Assembly (NCBI RefSeq): GCF_009914755.1
Contig: NC_060925.1
Length of the DNA stretch: 64,000 nt
Origin: the human T2T-CHM13v2.0 reference genome, Homo sapiens
Strand: one strand, 5' to 3'
The notes below the pieces were generated by a model. It saw nothing but the letters and a program-made list of their open reading frames with translations. It was not told the origin of the DNA and did no database searches. A program made the position numbers and the translations under genes. This document shows positions 25,885 through 38,789 of the stretch, one piece after another (positions within the stretch are counted from its first letter, which is position 1; each line of letters begins with the position of its first letter).

Positions 25885-26062
25885 ACTATTTAGTGAGCAC
25901 CTACTATATAGCTTTGAATCCTTATTCTGCTCTTGCAGGCTTCTTATCCCCATTCTACACCCAAGGAAGGAAACAGAAGCTCAGAGAGGTTAAGTGACTT
26001 ACCCAAGGTCTCCCACCTAGTAAGTGGCTGGGCCAGGATTCAAAGCTAGGACTGTCTGACTT
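25885..26062 (-). mobile_element. MIR
   Basis: gaaacagaagctcagagaggttaagtgacttacccaaggtc...ccaggattcaaa. Confidence 0.85.
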
Positions 26063-26159
26063 CTTTTTTACTTCGTCTTCTAAAGCTCCAGGCTAGAATG
26101 ACTGACTTCTTTTTGATGATGCAAAGCTACCTCTTGATCCTATTACCCCATCAATGAGT

Positions 26160-26238
26160 GGGTGTGTGTGAGAGAGAGAGAGAGAGAGAGAGTGTGTGTG
26201 TGTGTGTGTGTGTGTGAGTGACAGAGAGAGAGAGAGAG
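26160..26238. repeat. Compound (TG)n(AG)n(TG)n(AG)n microsatellite
   Basis: Read directly from the sequence. Confidence 0.95.
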
Positions 26239-26364
26239 GTGTCCTCTGGGCCTAGAACAGCTGGCAGGATCCTCTTTCACCTTATATACTGCTGGTGGAG
26301 CCAGGCAATGATTGAATGTGCAAAGTCACAGAGTAGGAAACGGAGGTAGGTCACTCACAAAGGA

Positions 26365-26472
26365 GAGCCACAGGAAGGAAGGAAAGAAGGGAGGGAGAGA
26401 GGAAGGTCAAGAGGGAGGGAAGGAAGAGGAACGGAAGAAGGAAGGAAGAGAGAAAAGAAAAAAGGGAAGGCG
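26365..26472. repeat. GA-rich polypurine low-complexity tract
   Basis: ggaaggaaggaaagaagggagggagagagg...; source of the K/E/G/R-rich start of ORF 26312..26857. Confidence 0.9.
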
Positions 26473-27380
26473 TGAAAGCAGGAAACTGCTTTCTCCTGTC
26501 TTGTTAAGAGTGACTCAGAGGGACATTTCCAGAGGGCTGGCCAGTAAAGAGCAGCCTTTCCCCGTGAGGAGGGTGGAGAGCATGGCTGCTGGCGGAGCTC
26601 CATCACTCTCACTCACAAGGCATGTGCCCTCTGAGGAGGGTGTTGACAGCACCATTTTCACCTCAGAGGGAGAGGCGTTTCTGTTCACATGGAAGGGCAC
26701 ATGTGAGGGGTATTTGGTCAGGAATGCATTACAGACTCAAAGAAGAAGCTGGCATGCCCAAGAAGAGTCACTCCAACGTGGAGAAAATGCAACCAAGATG
26801 TTGGCTCAGATGCTCACAAGAGGCTGCCAGAGATGGTCTCAGAGTCCCCAGTTCTGAAGCACCCTCCAAGTACTCAAAGATCTGCATCACAAAGGCTGTA
26901 TTAAGAAAGCACAGAAATTTTACAGTCAGAACATTTCTGTAAACACGTTGGTTTAATCCCAATTTTACAGCTCAGCTACTCTCTGTAACACACAATCCAT
27001 AAAGCATTTACAATATTGTTCAAAATCTATACACTATTTACATTCCCTGCCCTCCGTGCAGGTACGGTGAATCGAGGAACTTGGCCAGAGTCCTGGAGAA
27101 ACAGCTAAGACTCAAGAAACCACAAAAACTAGCAACAAGAACCCTGAATAAGACGTGTAAAGAACAGGGAGCCCCAAAGACAAGTCCTCCAAATCAGGAG
27201 GATCCGGTCACATGTGGGCAAACTCAGGGAGATAGGAGTCCTTGGTAGCCTCCTCCAAGTGACCAGATGGATGATCAGCCCTACCTCACAGCCCATGGTT
27301 TATGTGAATCTGTTTTTCTAATACTCCATCAAAAAGCACCTCCCTTTGGTTACTCAGTGAGGGGCATAAATGTCCATTGT

Positions 27381-27513
27381 GGGCTGATGCAGTGGCACGT
27401 GACTATAATCCCAGCTACTCAGGAGGTTGAGTGGGAGGACTGCTTGAGACTAGGAGTTCGAGTCCAGCCTGGGACACATAGTGAGACTCTGTCTCTGAAA
27501 AAAGAAGAAAAAA
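27381..27513 (+). mobile_element. Free Alu monomer (FLAM/FAM-like)
   Basis: Single monomer: ataatcccagctactcaggagg...ggagttcgagtccagcctggg...gagactctgtctct, then an A-rich tail. Confidence 0.85.
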
Positions 27514-29224
27514 TGTGGATTGCTTCTGGCCATTCAGATTTCTCCAGCAGTAACCTGGGCCCTGGGATATTTTCCCCAGTATGGTCCTTGGTCACTGCCC
27601 TGGGCCTGTTGACATGGCAACTACACCCAATACGGCTTTACAGGTCAGCCTCTGCCCACTCAGGGCAGGCTGCCCAAAAGGAGCCCAGGGCTGGCAGGAT
27701 CTCTTGCCTGGCCCTCAAGTGAGTTCACCCCTCATAAGGGTAGACCCAGGTTCAGCGAGTCCTCAAGCCCATATAATTTCTGCCCTTTTAAAGAAAAGGA
27801 ACACAAAATTACAAACTGAAAGTGAGGTACAGGGCCTGGGGAGAGGCCGGTACAAGAGAAAGGCCCCAAAGCGTAAGCCTACCTTTGAAATAAACCCACT
27901 TCTGCCTTTCCCTAAGCTCTGACCACCCAAGGAGGTCTTCAATGGCTCCTCTCAGGTGGCGGGAAGCCTCTGGGCCTGGCATGGCTGGCAGGATCCATGG
28001 CAGTAGGCTTCACCTAATTTCCTTGGCACACAGAGATGCTTAATTGTTGATTTTCAAGCTCAGAGTAGAAAGCAAAAAGATCAGGATGAGAGGTAAAACA
28101 AACTCAGCAATACCGAGGACTATTCATAGTTTGAAGAATTGGGTTAATCAATTCAAAAGTAATCATTTTAAAAAATCATTTTAGAAATTGTTATTATACA
28201 GAATATTTGCTGTTTTAAATGAACTTACGGGATATTGTTCACCAGCATATAGCATTTTACATTTATCGATTTTTGTTGTTTTTGCTGTTATTCTTCAATC
28301 CTGTAAATCCCTGGAGACCCAGCTCAACCACTGCCTTGGGACCCAACACCCTAAAAATGGATCTATTACTCAGCTACACACTGAACTCAGTAAAATGTTC
28401 TGCCTTTTGCCTCTACAGCAGCCTGGCTGCCAACGAGGACAAGTCTAAGGCAGGAAGTACATCTCACGTCCTGCTTAGATTTGATCCTTTGGCTGCTCAA
28501 GCTGCTGTGATATAATGAATAGAAGAAAGAGACATCTCAGAATCCATAGTGAATTAGACCAGTGAGCCAAGTAGCCATGTCAAGCAGGGACAAACAGCCC
28601 CCTGCCTCACAGGGGATGGAACCTATGTCTGCAAAGGTACAGGCAGCGCCTCAGACCGGAGTGGACCTCAAAAACAAGGGCTCCAACCCAGCAGCAAGAC
28701 CTGGGTCCAAAAGAAAGTGTCCTTTGGATGCCACAGGCTTTGTTATTGGAAACCCCAGGCCAGAGAGGGAACTGAAACTGTTTAATTAGGGACATACCCG
28801 CGTGTCAGGAAACCAAGTGTGACCCTGGGAGGGGTAAAGTTCCGGTTGGGAGGAGACTTGGATGGGTAAGAGGAGGGCGGTGGGACAGGCAGACGCACCC
28901 AAGGGAAGGAAAGGACCGAGATAGGGCAGCCAGCTGCCCTTGGCTCCGAGTCCTGAGGAGGCAGCATCTCTTCTGTGCACAGACAGTTCTTTAAGGATTG
29001 AAGCTGGGCTGCCTCAACCCACCCAGGAGAGCAAGGGTGACCAGGACCATCCCTCTGACTCCTTTTGACTGGAAGGCAACAAAAGTGTTTTCAGGAGGTT
29101 CTCTGCTCATATCAAATCTCCTCACTTTGGAAACTTCTTGCTGGCATTTCCTGGTTGCGTCTGCCTCTTCTCAACAGACTTGAAGGTCTCTGGGAGAACA
29201 TGCCTTATCTAATTAATAATCGCT

Positions 29225-29420
29225 TCCTCTTATTGAACTCTTACTGTGTGCTAGGAATTGTTCCAGGTATTTTACCCTAAATTGTCTCACTTACTTCTCC
29301 CAATGCAATTTTTTACCTCATGAACTCAATGCTTAGATCCTAATTTATTTGCCTGAGATCTCATGGCTAGTTAGGTAGGTGTAACTAGCATGCGAGCCCA
29401 GAATGTCTGACTCCAAAGCC
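29225..29420 (-). mobile_element. MIR
   Basis: ttattgaactcttactgtgtgctagg...tgtctgactccaaagcc. Confidence 0.7.
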
Positions 29421-29493
29421 GTTTACTAAAGGTTTGTCAAATTCATTGAACTAGTTCCTACTGGATGTGAAAATAAGCATATAATCAACTCTT

Positions 29494-29827
29494 TTTAACT
29501 TTTATTTTAATTTCATGGGTATATGTGCAGATTTGTAAGTAAACTTGTGTCATGGGGGTTTGTTGTACAGATTATTTCATCACCCAGGTATTAAGCCCAG
29601 TACCCATGAGCTGTTTTTCCTGATCCTCTCCCAATAGACCCCAGTGTCTATTCTCCTCTATGTGTTCATGAGTTCTTATCATTTAGCTCCCACTTACAAG
29701 TGAGAACATGCAGTATTTGGTTTTCTGTTCCTGCATTAGTTTGCTATGGATAATGGCCTCCAGCTCCATCCATGTTCCTGCAAGGGACATGATCTCATTC
29801 TTTTTTACGGCTGCATAGTATTCCAGA
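29494..29827 (-). mobile_element. 5'-truncated older L1PA 3' end, antisense
   Basis: tcacccaggtattaagcccagtacc...cccacttacaagtgagaacatgcagtatttgg. 15-bp TSD atataatcaactctt (29479-29493)/atataatcagctctt (29828-29842). Confidence 0.92.
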
Positions 29828-30329
29828 ATATAATCAGCTCTTGACTTGCAATTATTAAAAATAATTCCAAAGAAATTAATCCAAAATTCATCAATTTTTG
29901 ACCCTGAAATATGTTTTTGTACATATGTTTAAATATGTGTATGTTTGCTATTCTAGGAATTCGTAACTCTAAACAAGGTAATAAAAATACTCTGTACAGG
30001 ATCTCAAAATTAGGAGTTTCCTTACTTTGATTTTCCTACTAGAACTACTGCCTACACAGAGCTCAGCCTGGGTCCTGCTTCTCTTCTCCATCTGAATTCT
30101 TTCCCCTTTTCTGTGTCTAGCCCTGAGCTCCCTTGAGCCTCCAGACTCACATATTCAACTGCTTATTTAACATCGCCATGTAGATAGTTAACGCCTCGGA
30201 CGGACGTCATGTACAGCAGAACCCTTTGTCCTATTACCTTCACAACTGTTTTTCTCCCAGGCTTTACCATCTCAGGAAGTCATACCAGCATCCAGTCAAC
30301 TGCTCAAACCCAAAACCTGGGAGGCATAC

Positions 30330-30789
30330 TGTCTCACGCGTCCGTGTGAAGAGACCCCCAAACAGGCTTTGTGTGAGCAACAAGGCTGTTTATTTCACCT
30401 GGGTGCAGGCGGGCTGAGTCCGAAAAGAGAGTCAGCAAAGGGTGGTGGGATTATCATTAGTTCTTATAGGTTTTGGGATAGGCGGTGGAGTTAGGAGCAA
30501 TGTTTTGGGGGCAGGGGTGGATCTCACAAAGTACATTCTCAAGGGTGGGGAGAATTACAAAGAAACTTCTTAATCGTGGGGGAGATTATAAAGAATCTTC
30601 TTAAGGGTGGGGGAGGTTACAAAGTACATTGACCAGTTAGGATGGGGCAGAAACAAATCACAATGGTGGAATGTCATCAGTTAAGGCTATTTTCACTTCT
30701 TTGGGTCTTCAGTTGCTTCAGACCATCTGGATGTACACCTGCAGGTCACTGGGGATATGATGGCTTAGCGTGGGCTCAGAGGCCTGACA
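30330..30789 (-). mobile_element. HERV-H solo LTR (LTR7 family, probably LTR7B/type II), inserted into an L2
   Basis: Reverse strand begins TGTCAGGCCTCTGAGCCCA and ends ...AATAAACAGCCTTGTTGCTCACACAAAGCCTGTTTGG...CACACGGACGCGTGAGACA. Internal ~31-bp aagggtggggg(ag)attacaaag repeats. 5-bp TSD catac (30325-30329)/cgtac (30790-30794). Confidence 0.93.
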
Positions 30790-31612
30790 CGTACCTGATT
30801 CCTTTTTCTCACCCTTCAAATCCTATCCATTGCCAATTGCTGTTTGTTACTCCTCTAACATACATCCTGGATTTCATCTAAGCTATCATCTCTTTAGTGG
30901 GTTCACGGAAGAAGCCTCAGTCCTCCCACCTATAAAATGAGTAACCCAGCTATTTCACTTTCTTGATCTCTAGTTCGGTTATAAAACTGTTCAGAGAAAT
31001 GCTAATGTTTTTCGGGGACATTCATGCCCAAAAGAGGGGGATAGTTCTTTCTAGGACTATAATTCTGATATAAAATTTAAGACACCGTACATTTTATTAC
31101 CAAAATATTTCTCGGTCTATCTACCAATTCAGTATGACAAAATCCCCGTCTTGAGAAAATGTCTTCCCATTTCAAGTGCACACTTTTTCTTCTTGTCTTC
31201 CTGATGCCAACTGCTTAAGAAAATACTAAAACTTTAGGAAAACAATATAGGTATATTGTGTTTACATAAAAACAAAATTAACAGTTAACTCATTTGACAA
31301 GAATTTCTTAGTTTTTTAGATGACAAAGATGGTTTCAGAGTAAACTGGGCAATCACTAACTCCCTTAACAGCATTAAATAAATTCCTCTTCTGTGAAGTA
31401 TCAGGAACTGTTTATTTCTCCATGCCCTCAAAGGCAATCTGGATTTTCAGTTAGCCATCGCAGAGATGGACTGAAATGGGAGCTGTAGTCACTGGTAGAT
31501 TAATTATAATTTTTTTCAAATATTTTAAACTCACTTTTCCAGTTATGCAATTGACCTTAAGAAGTAGATCTTAAAATCTGGGAGTCTATAACACTTTGGG
31601 TCAGTTTATATA

Positions 31613-31615
<3 letters not shown>

Positions 31616-31659
<44 letters not shown>
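31616..31659. repeat. (GT)n microsatellite
   Basis: About 22 uninterrupted units. Confidence 0.97.
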
Positions 31660-31661
<2 letters not shown>

Positions 31662-32300
31662 AATCTTGCCCAGGATTCCTTAGTGATCTGCTGCTGCTCT
31701 GTGTGGACTGACAGGCCCCAAGCTGTACTGCAGAAATACAGATAGCACTGCTCCAAGGCTGTGGTCTTTCATATACATTCCTGGGAAATGTAATCCTTGT
31801 GGTTTCCAATCTCATTTCTCTTGGAATACAGATAGGAGCAAATTTAACTTTGAAAAGAACACATGCCCTTTGTTTACATTAAGATTAATTTGAGATGTAT
31901 AAAGAAAGTAAAGCCACTTGGGATCAATATTTACTAAATCGAAATCTCCATTATACTGCATCAGACTTAATTAGTACTTAAATTCTAATTTAATTGTGAC
32001 AGGCTTTCTTCTGTTTACATTTCTGAAATTAAACAAACCATCACCTCCTCAGTGGTCCCTCTTGAAGAAGAAACACAGCTGGCTCTAAGTTAGTTTTGAA
32101 CCCCACCCTCTCTGTCCTTACCTTTTTTTTCTTCTTAGACTTAAAAAAACAAAAAGTTTTGCTCTCAGCTCAACTGTTAGGCAAATATAAATTCTTATTG
32201 GCAACTGAATTAAACATATGAATATCTGCAGTTCATTTGATTCAGAATTTGCAGCAGTGGCTGGGGGGCATTTAATTTTACTTGTATTTTTTATATTAAT

Positions 32301-32438
32301 TTCTTTTTTTTTTTTTAGAGACATAGTCTCGCTCTGTCGCCCAGACTGCAGTGCAGTGGCATAAGCATAGCTCATTGCAGCCTCAAACTCCTAGACTCAA
32401 GCAATCCTCCTGCTCCAGCCTCCTGAGTAACTAGAACT
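32301..32438 (-). mobile_element. Partial Alu (J-type right arm), antisense
   Basis: T-tract, then gtctcgctctgtcgcccagactg...catagctcattgcagcctcaaactcct. Confidence 0.85.
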
Positions 32439-33209
32439 TTACTGCATTATTAATGGATAATACTTCCTGGTTGCTTTTCTGTCAGTTACACAAGCTACAA
32501 ATTAATAGTTTAAGCTTGAAAAACAACAGCAGCAATTAACTCATACTACATGCCTTTCAATTAGACAGCTCCTAGTCTGCCAAGACTACCTACAAAAATA
32601 CTGTATAAAAAGTAGATCTCTCCCTGGCACAAGGGGACCATCATTTGATATGTTTATGAGATGACATCTTCTTAGATTAGGTGGGCTGCCTTGGGTTAGG
32701 GCTGTATTCAACTTTGCTAACTGAGGGGGTAATTCTAACAGAGTCGAGAAGTTCATTTCCTATCTTGCTGTGCTAAGTACGGAGACAATTCCCTAAAAAG
32801 AAAGACCAGATTGAAAAAAGGAAAATAAACAGACTTTAGAAGCAACTTTGAGTTGTGGTTAATAGAGCAGGATGCAGCTGTGGTTCGATGGAGCAAAGGA
32901 GGAGAAAGAAGGCAGTCTGAAATTGCTGCTAAATTAAACTCCCTATGGTTAGGTGGCTTTTTAGGGCTGTGACTTTGAATTTACATGACTCGCTATTAAG
33001 TATACAGAAGAAGGAGTTGCTAAAGCACAAACTGAAAATAATAAAGCTGAAATTTCAAGGTTCTCATGCATGTGTTGGCTTCAACCTTTCCCCCACTGGT
33101 CATGAATCTAGACCCCTTTTCTTTGTTAAATCTTCACAATTGTTATGCTTCGTTTTACCCATGCAGGTGCAGCAAAGCTTAGTGGTTCTATCAGGGGAGG
33201 CAGTGGGGC

Positions 33210-33400
33210 ACATTGGTTAAAATCAGCAGCCTAAGTTAGAAAACACGCTTCCATCACATTTCAAGTTGTATAATCTCTGTGAGCTTGAATTTCTTCATCA
33301 ATAAAATAGGGGTGCTAATCCTGTGCCTATCTCATAGAATTAAATGAGATGGTGATTTATTTAAATGCCTGACACATAGAAGAATACCATGAGTGATAGA
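33210..33400 (+). mobile_element. MIR
   Basis: aatctctgtgagcttgaatttcttcatcaataaaatagggg...attaaatgaga. Confidence 0.65.
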
Positions 33401-33519
33401 TGTACGAGGGTGACTAGAAGGTACTCTTGTTCCCCTCAATCAGTTCTTCACTTAATAGCCATAGAACTGGCTGGGAACACCTAGAGAGAAGATTTAGATA
33501 GAGACAGAAGCAGCAGCTA

Positions 33520-34115
33520 GAAGAGCCCTTTCAAACCCAGAGGCAGGGTATGTCACTGTCCTGTCCAGACCGCACAGTGGCTTCCCACCATACCCAAAGT
33601 AAAAGCAAAGTCCTCAAATCATTTCGTGACCTGCACCCCTCCCCAACCTCTCTGATCACAAGTCCTTCCACCCCTGTCCCCGTCACTCCCCTCTGCCCTA
33701 GCTACATTTCTCTCTTCACTGTTCCTCGAACATACCCAGCATCCTTTCTGTCTTGGAGCCTTTACACCTGCTGCTCCCTTTGCCTGGAACACTCCTTCTT
33801 CAGTTGTCTGCTGGTTTGCACCCTCACTGCATTCAGGGCTCTGCTCAAATCAAATGCCTTTTCAGAAAGGCCTTCCCCATTGCCTTAGCTAAAAATAACA
33901 CCTCTACTCTACATCACCTTGCCCTTGTTGTCTTCCCCGATACTACTAGGTGGTATTAAAATAGGCTCATTTATGTATTTATTTGTTTGTCTTCCCCTCT
34001 AGAAGGTAAGCTTCCTCTGGCAGTGTCTACTTTATTTCCTGCTGTATTCCCAGAGCTTAGAGCCATGCCTGACATATCATAGGTGCTCAATACATATTCA
34101 TGAACGGAAGGAGTA
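33520..34115 (+). mobile_element. L2 3' portion
   Basis: gcctttacacctgctgctccctttgcctggaacac...ttcagggctctgctcaaat...tgcctgacatatcataggtgctcaatacatatt. Confidence 0.85.
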
Positions 34116-34131
34116 AATGCCAGACAAGGTG

Positions 34132-34320
34132 ACTTCTCATTGATCAGCACAAGCTCTGATGTGTATCGGAATCACGTGGGATGCTCATTTCTTGGCCCAT
34201 TCCCAGAAACTTTGCTTTATTAGGCCAGAGATGGGGTCCAGGATTCTGCATTTTCACAAGCATCTCAGGTGATTCTAAAGCAGTCTTCCTGACTTCCAGA
34301 CTTCCTGAAACATTACTGAA
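34132..34320. mobile_element. MER5-family MITE
   Basis: gaatcacgtggg...ccaggattctgcattttcacaagcatctcaggtgattct. Confidence 0.7.
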
Positions 34321-35804
34321 GACAAAAATTCTATTAACTCATACCAACAAAAAGAGACCATAAGTGTCCAGTATTTTTAATACAGTGGGCAGAACTGGTT
34401 AGGCAGAACTTGGCATTTGTTTTATCAAGGGCTGTGTGTTTAAAAGTGGTCAAGCAGTGCTCCAGCTAGGAAGGACAGTAAACTGCCTCGGAATAAATCT
34501 GCATTCTGAGGAGACTCATTCGAGTGGTCCTTCTTTCCTCCTTTTTACTTAAGTGTCTTAAAGACCATGGGCACTCATTGTCCAGAGGAGGGAGGTAACA
34601 GAAACATTTCAAGGCTTTACAAAGCTGCCCTCCCATACAGGAGTTATGCAGGGCTTTGCGTTACTACAACTCTGAGGGTCGAGAGGGTCCAAACCAAGGT
34701 CGGCTTTTGGGAAAGGACACCCTGGGTTCCAAGGGTGAACTCATGGGGAGGAAATGGGGAGTCAGGGGTTGGGTCTTAGACTCCATTCTAGGGCCTAAGC
34801 TATTGGAAGAGGGAAAGTAAGCATTGACTATAAAGAGCTAGAACTTTGGGAGCTTGAGCTTTGGGAGTTTGATCCCCTTGGCCAAGTACAGCCCTAGGGA
34901 GCGTTGACGCTCTTGAAGAATCATTTTTAATGCTGCACAGGAATCTGTACTAATTCTTGTTTGTTTTCTTTTTGTATGGTGCATTCCAGCAAATAGCTGG
35001 TCAGTTTCTTTTTGTGTGGCACATTCCAGCAAATAGTTGGTCAACTTCAAAAGGGTTGGAGAGAGGATCCTGCCTCTCTGGAACTTCCTCCATCCCCTGG
35101 GCCTCGGTTAGAGTGGCTTGTATGACACAAAGTAAACATTCCCAGTGGAATTGTCCAGTTCATTTAGTGTAGTAATAAGAAACAGTCTCTCCTTGGTGCT
35201 GGCCTTCTCATCTTATGATTACTTTTGTCAGGTGATCTGACTATTGCAGTTTACTCTACTTGTTTGTGCCCTGTAGGGCTTTAAACAAATGACGTAAATT
35301 TACGAGATCTAACTACCAAATCATAATGTTGCCATCCTAGAATCATTATGTCTTTGAAGTCAATAGCAGCTGTGTCTGTGTGTTGGTGTGTATTTTCCAA
35401 AACAGCCAAGGCCGTTCCCAGGCATCACCACTTTCCTTTGCATCTTAATCTCCTGCCCTGTAAACATCTTGGCTGGGTGCGGCGGGGAGTGTTAGCATGA
35501 AGGGAAAGGTGGTAAATTTGATACCAGGGTCCTTCACTCCCTTCTGCCTCCTTTCTCCCCAGACAGCTAGAGTGAACACAAACACCCCACAGACAATGGA
35601 GAGCAGTGTTAAAAATGGAGGCCAGATAGAGGGGTTCTTGTGATTGTTCTTATCAAGTCCCATTGCCTTCATTTGGCCAAACAGGAAACTGGAGCTCACA
35701 GGACACCTTTGACTAACAGTCAATAACAGTGAAAACCCAGAGAAATGGGATTCACATGCAAAGTGTTCAACCAAGGCTCACTTCCCTTTGGATTTTTAAG
35801 AGCT

Positions 35805-36040
35805 ATTATTCATTGAGGACTTGCTGAGTACTGCACTTTGTGTGAAGCACTATGCTTAGTGCTCTTCTTGCATTAATGCGTTAAGCTCCAAAACCCAGTG
35901 GTGTACGTGTTATTATTTCTATTTTATAGATGGGAAAACCAAGGCAGGGCCCTGAGGCTTAGCAACTTTCCCCAGTTCACCTGGCTGATAAGTAGCAGAA
36001 CTGGAATTTGAACCCAGAACTACTGTGCTCTTAACCATCA
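35805..36040 (-). mobile_element. MIR
   Basis: attttatagatgggaaaaccaaggc...gtagcagaactggaatttgaacccag. Confidence 0.8.
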
Positions 36041-36084
36041 CATAACCCTGCCCTCATGCCACCTTTGTCAGGACAAGATATTAT

Positions 36085-36290
36085 CATGGAAGAAACACTG
36101 GACTTGGAGTAAGAAAGCTAGGCTCAAGTGCTAGCTCTGCTTCTGCCTCTGAACTTGGTCAAGTACTTTGAGCCTTTTGATTTCATCTCTGTTTTTCCTG
36201 TCTATAAAATCCCATCAGGATTCTTGGGAGGCTGACATGAGATAACATAAGGAAGAGCATTTTGCAAACTGAGGTGTGCCCTGGATTATT
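36085..36290 (+). mobile_element. MIR
   Basis: ggaagaaacactggacttggagt...tttcctgtctataaaat...tgggaggct. Confidence 0.7.
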
Positions 36291-36849
36291 ATCACTGAAG
36301 CCCACTGTCCCATAATAGTATTGCAGCGAGTTACTTTCTTTCTGCTCGAATTGTAACAAGTGCAACAGATAAAGGCCTGTGTTAATAGTTCATGAGCCTT
36401 GTGGTTGGATTTCATATCAAAGGAAGGAGTCCCAAAGGCTGTGAATCTGGGTTCAAGCTGTGAGTGTTAAAAAGGTACAGTGTTTGAGTCTGTGCAACAT
36501 ACTATTCAGAGCAATGTCTGCAAGGAACGCACTGCACCTTTCCAAAGAAGAGAAAGTAAAAGACTCTCAGTGCCTCTATAACTTTATAGGGCAGTAATTC
36601 TTTCTGAACAGAGGTCATACCACAGTTTACAGTCTTTGAAGAGCATGACGACGTGTGCCAAAATGTCAGTGCAACCAGAGATATTCTTGCCATTATAAGA
36701 ATGCATGAACATAGAAAGTATAATTGACATTTGATTTATAATTTGTGAATTTTGCTCAGATTCTCACAACCTCTTTTTCATTTTATAATTCTGAGTGAAT
36801 ATAGGAGCAAAGATTAGCATTCTAGCATCCAGCAAAAAACATTTCTAAG

Positions 36850-37964
36850 CATAAGATCTGAAACTGTAATTCTTATCAGGAAACATAGGGGAAAAGCTTT
36901 GTGATCTTGGTCTTGGCAATGAACATGACACCAAAAGCACAGGCAACAAAAATAAACAAGTGGGACTACATCAAACTAAAAATCTTCTGCACAGGAAAGG
37001 AAACAATCAACAGAGTGAAAAGACAGCCTACAGAATGGGAGAAAATATGTGTAAGCCATGTATCTGACAAGGGATTAATCTCCAAAATACATAAGGAACT
37101 CAAACAACTCAATAGCAAGAAAACTGAGAAGCCAATTTAAAAAGTGGCTACGGACTTGAACAGACATTTCTCCAAAAAAGAAATACTAATGGCTGATAGG
37201 AATGTGAAAAAAAGCTTATCATCACTATAATCAGAGAAATGCAAGTCAAAATCACAATGAGAAATCACCTTACACCTATTAGGATGGCTATTATCAAAAA
37301 AAAAAAAAGACAACAAGTGTTGGTGAGGATGTGAGGAAATTGGAACCCTTATACATGTTTGCAAGAATGCAAAATGATGCAGCTGCTATGGAAAACAGCA
37401 TGGAAGTTCCTCGAAAATTTAAAAATACAACCACTGTAGGATCCAGCAATACCACTTGTGGGTATATATCCAGAAGAATTGAAATGAGGATCTTTAAGGG
37501 ATATTATTAGCATTCTTGTGTTCACTGCAGCACTAATCACAATAGCTAGGACAAGGAAACTACTTAAATGTCCATTGACAGGTGACTGGATTTTTTAAAA
37601 TGTGATGTATTTACACAATGGAATACTATTCAGCCTTTAAAATGAAGGAAATTCTGTACTGTGTGACCATATGGATAGACCTTGAGGAAATTATGCTAAA
37701 TGTAATAAGCCAGACACAGAAAGATAAATACTGCATGGTTCCTTTTGTATGAAGTATCTAAAATAGTCAAATTCATAAAATCAATGACTAGAATAGTGGT
37801 TACCAGGGACTAGTGGAGGAGGGGGAAATGGAGAGCTACTAATCAATAGATATAAAGTTTCACTTAGCAACATGAGTAAGCTCTAATCAACCTACAGTCA
37901 ACAGTAATGTACACTTAAAATTTGTTAAGAAGATAGATAGCATGTTAAGTGGTCTTAAAAATAA
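36850..37964 (+). mobile_element. L1MA-class LINE-1 3' part (ORF2 end and 3' UTR)
   Basis: ORF 36901..37140 = [41 protein letters not shown] (L1 ORF2), continuing through tacacaatggaatactattcagcc to the 3' end. Confidence 0.93.
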
Positions 37965-38789
37965 TTTTCAGATTCAGTTTTGATTGAGAATTACCCACCA
38001 TTCCTCCAATCTGTAATCTAAGTGCCAGAGGCCCTCACGGAGTAAAGCCTCCAGCTCTCCTTCTTAGAGCTGGTAGCACATTCAATAACTACCTCCCTCA
38101 AGGGATTTGAAGTGTGCTAAATTAGGTCTTCATAGATACAAGAAAGCTGAACATTGAGGCCAAATAAATAAAGATGAAAAATCCAACCCTTTCATTCATC
38201 AGATGTAGGCAGAGAATGCTTTAGAATTCTCCTTGACTCTTTTTGCTGCATTGTTCCATTTTGGAATGTGTGTACATAAAAATCTCTGATGAAGGTTATA
38301 AAAAGAAAAAAAAGACATTCTGAATGCAAAATATAGAATATATCTGTTTTTTATGTCAACTCCCTTGGCTCTTGGTTGAACCGGTAAGATTTGCTGTTTC
38401 AGACCCTCTGTTGTCTAACCTGAGTCCCATCAGCTGTCTTGACATTCTCAGCTTTGTCACAAGGGGTATCCATGAGAGAAGGTAGATGGATCCACTCAAC
38501 CAGTCCTGGAAATGAATGTGTGACTGACCGAATGTTATTTTTACTATAGAAAGGGCCCTTTAGAAAACCACTCTGGTTTGCCTGTCTTGAGAAATGACAA
38601 TGAAATTAGTTGTAATCAGTTGAGGATCACCATGTAGACATATTGATTAATCTATAGCATTATGTTATGGTATCTGGGGAAATTTTACCCTTTCAGAAGA
38701 CTTTTGGCAAAACAATGGGTGAGGCAAAGTTTTCAGGACAGCAATGGAAAAGGGGGCTGGCTAGTCTGTGGTATGTGAATTTGAAAGCT

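Noticed and set aside
26312-26857. 181-aa ORF
   Set aside because: Non-ATG start and a low-complexity purine tract; no domain.
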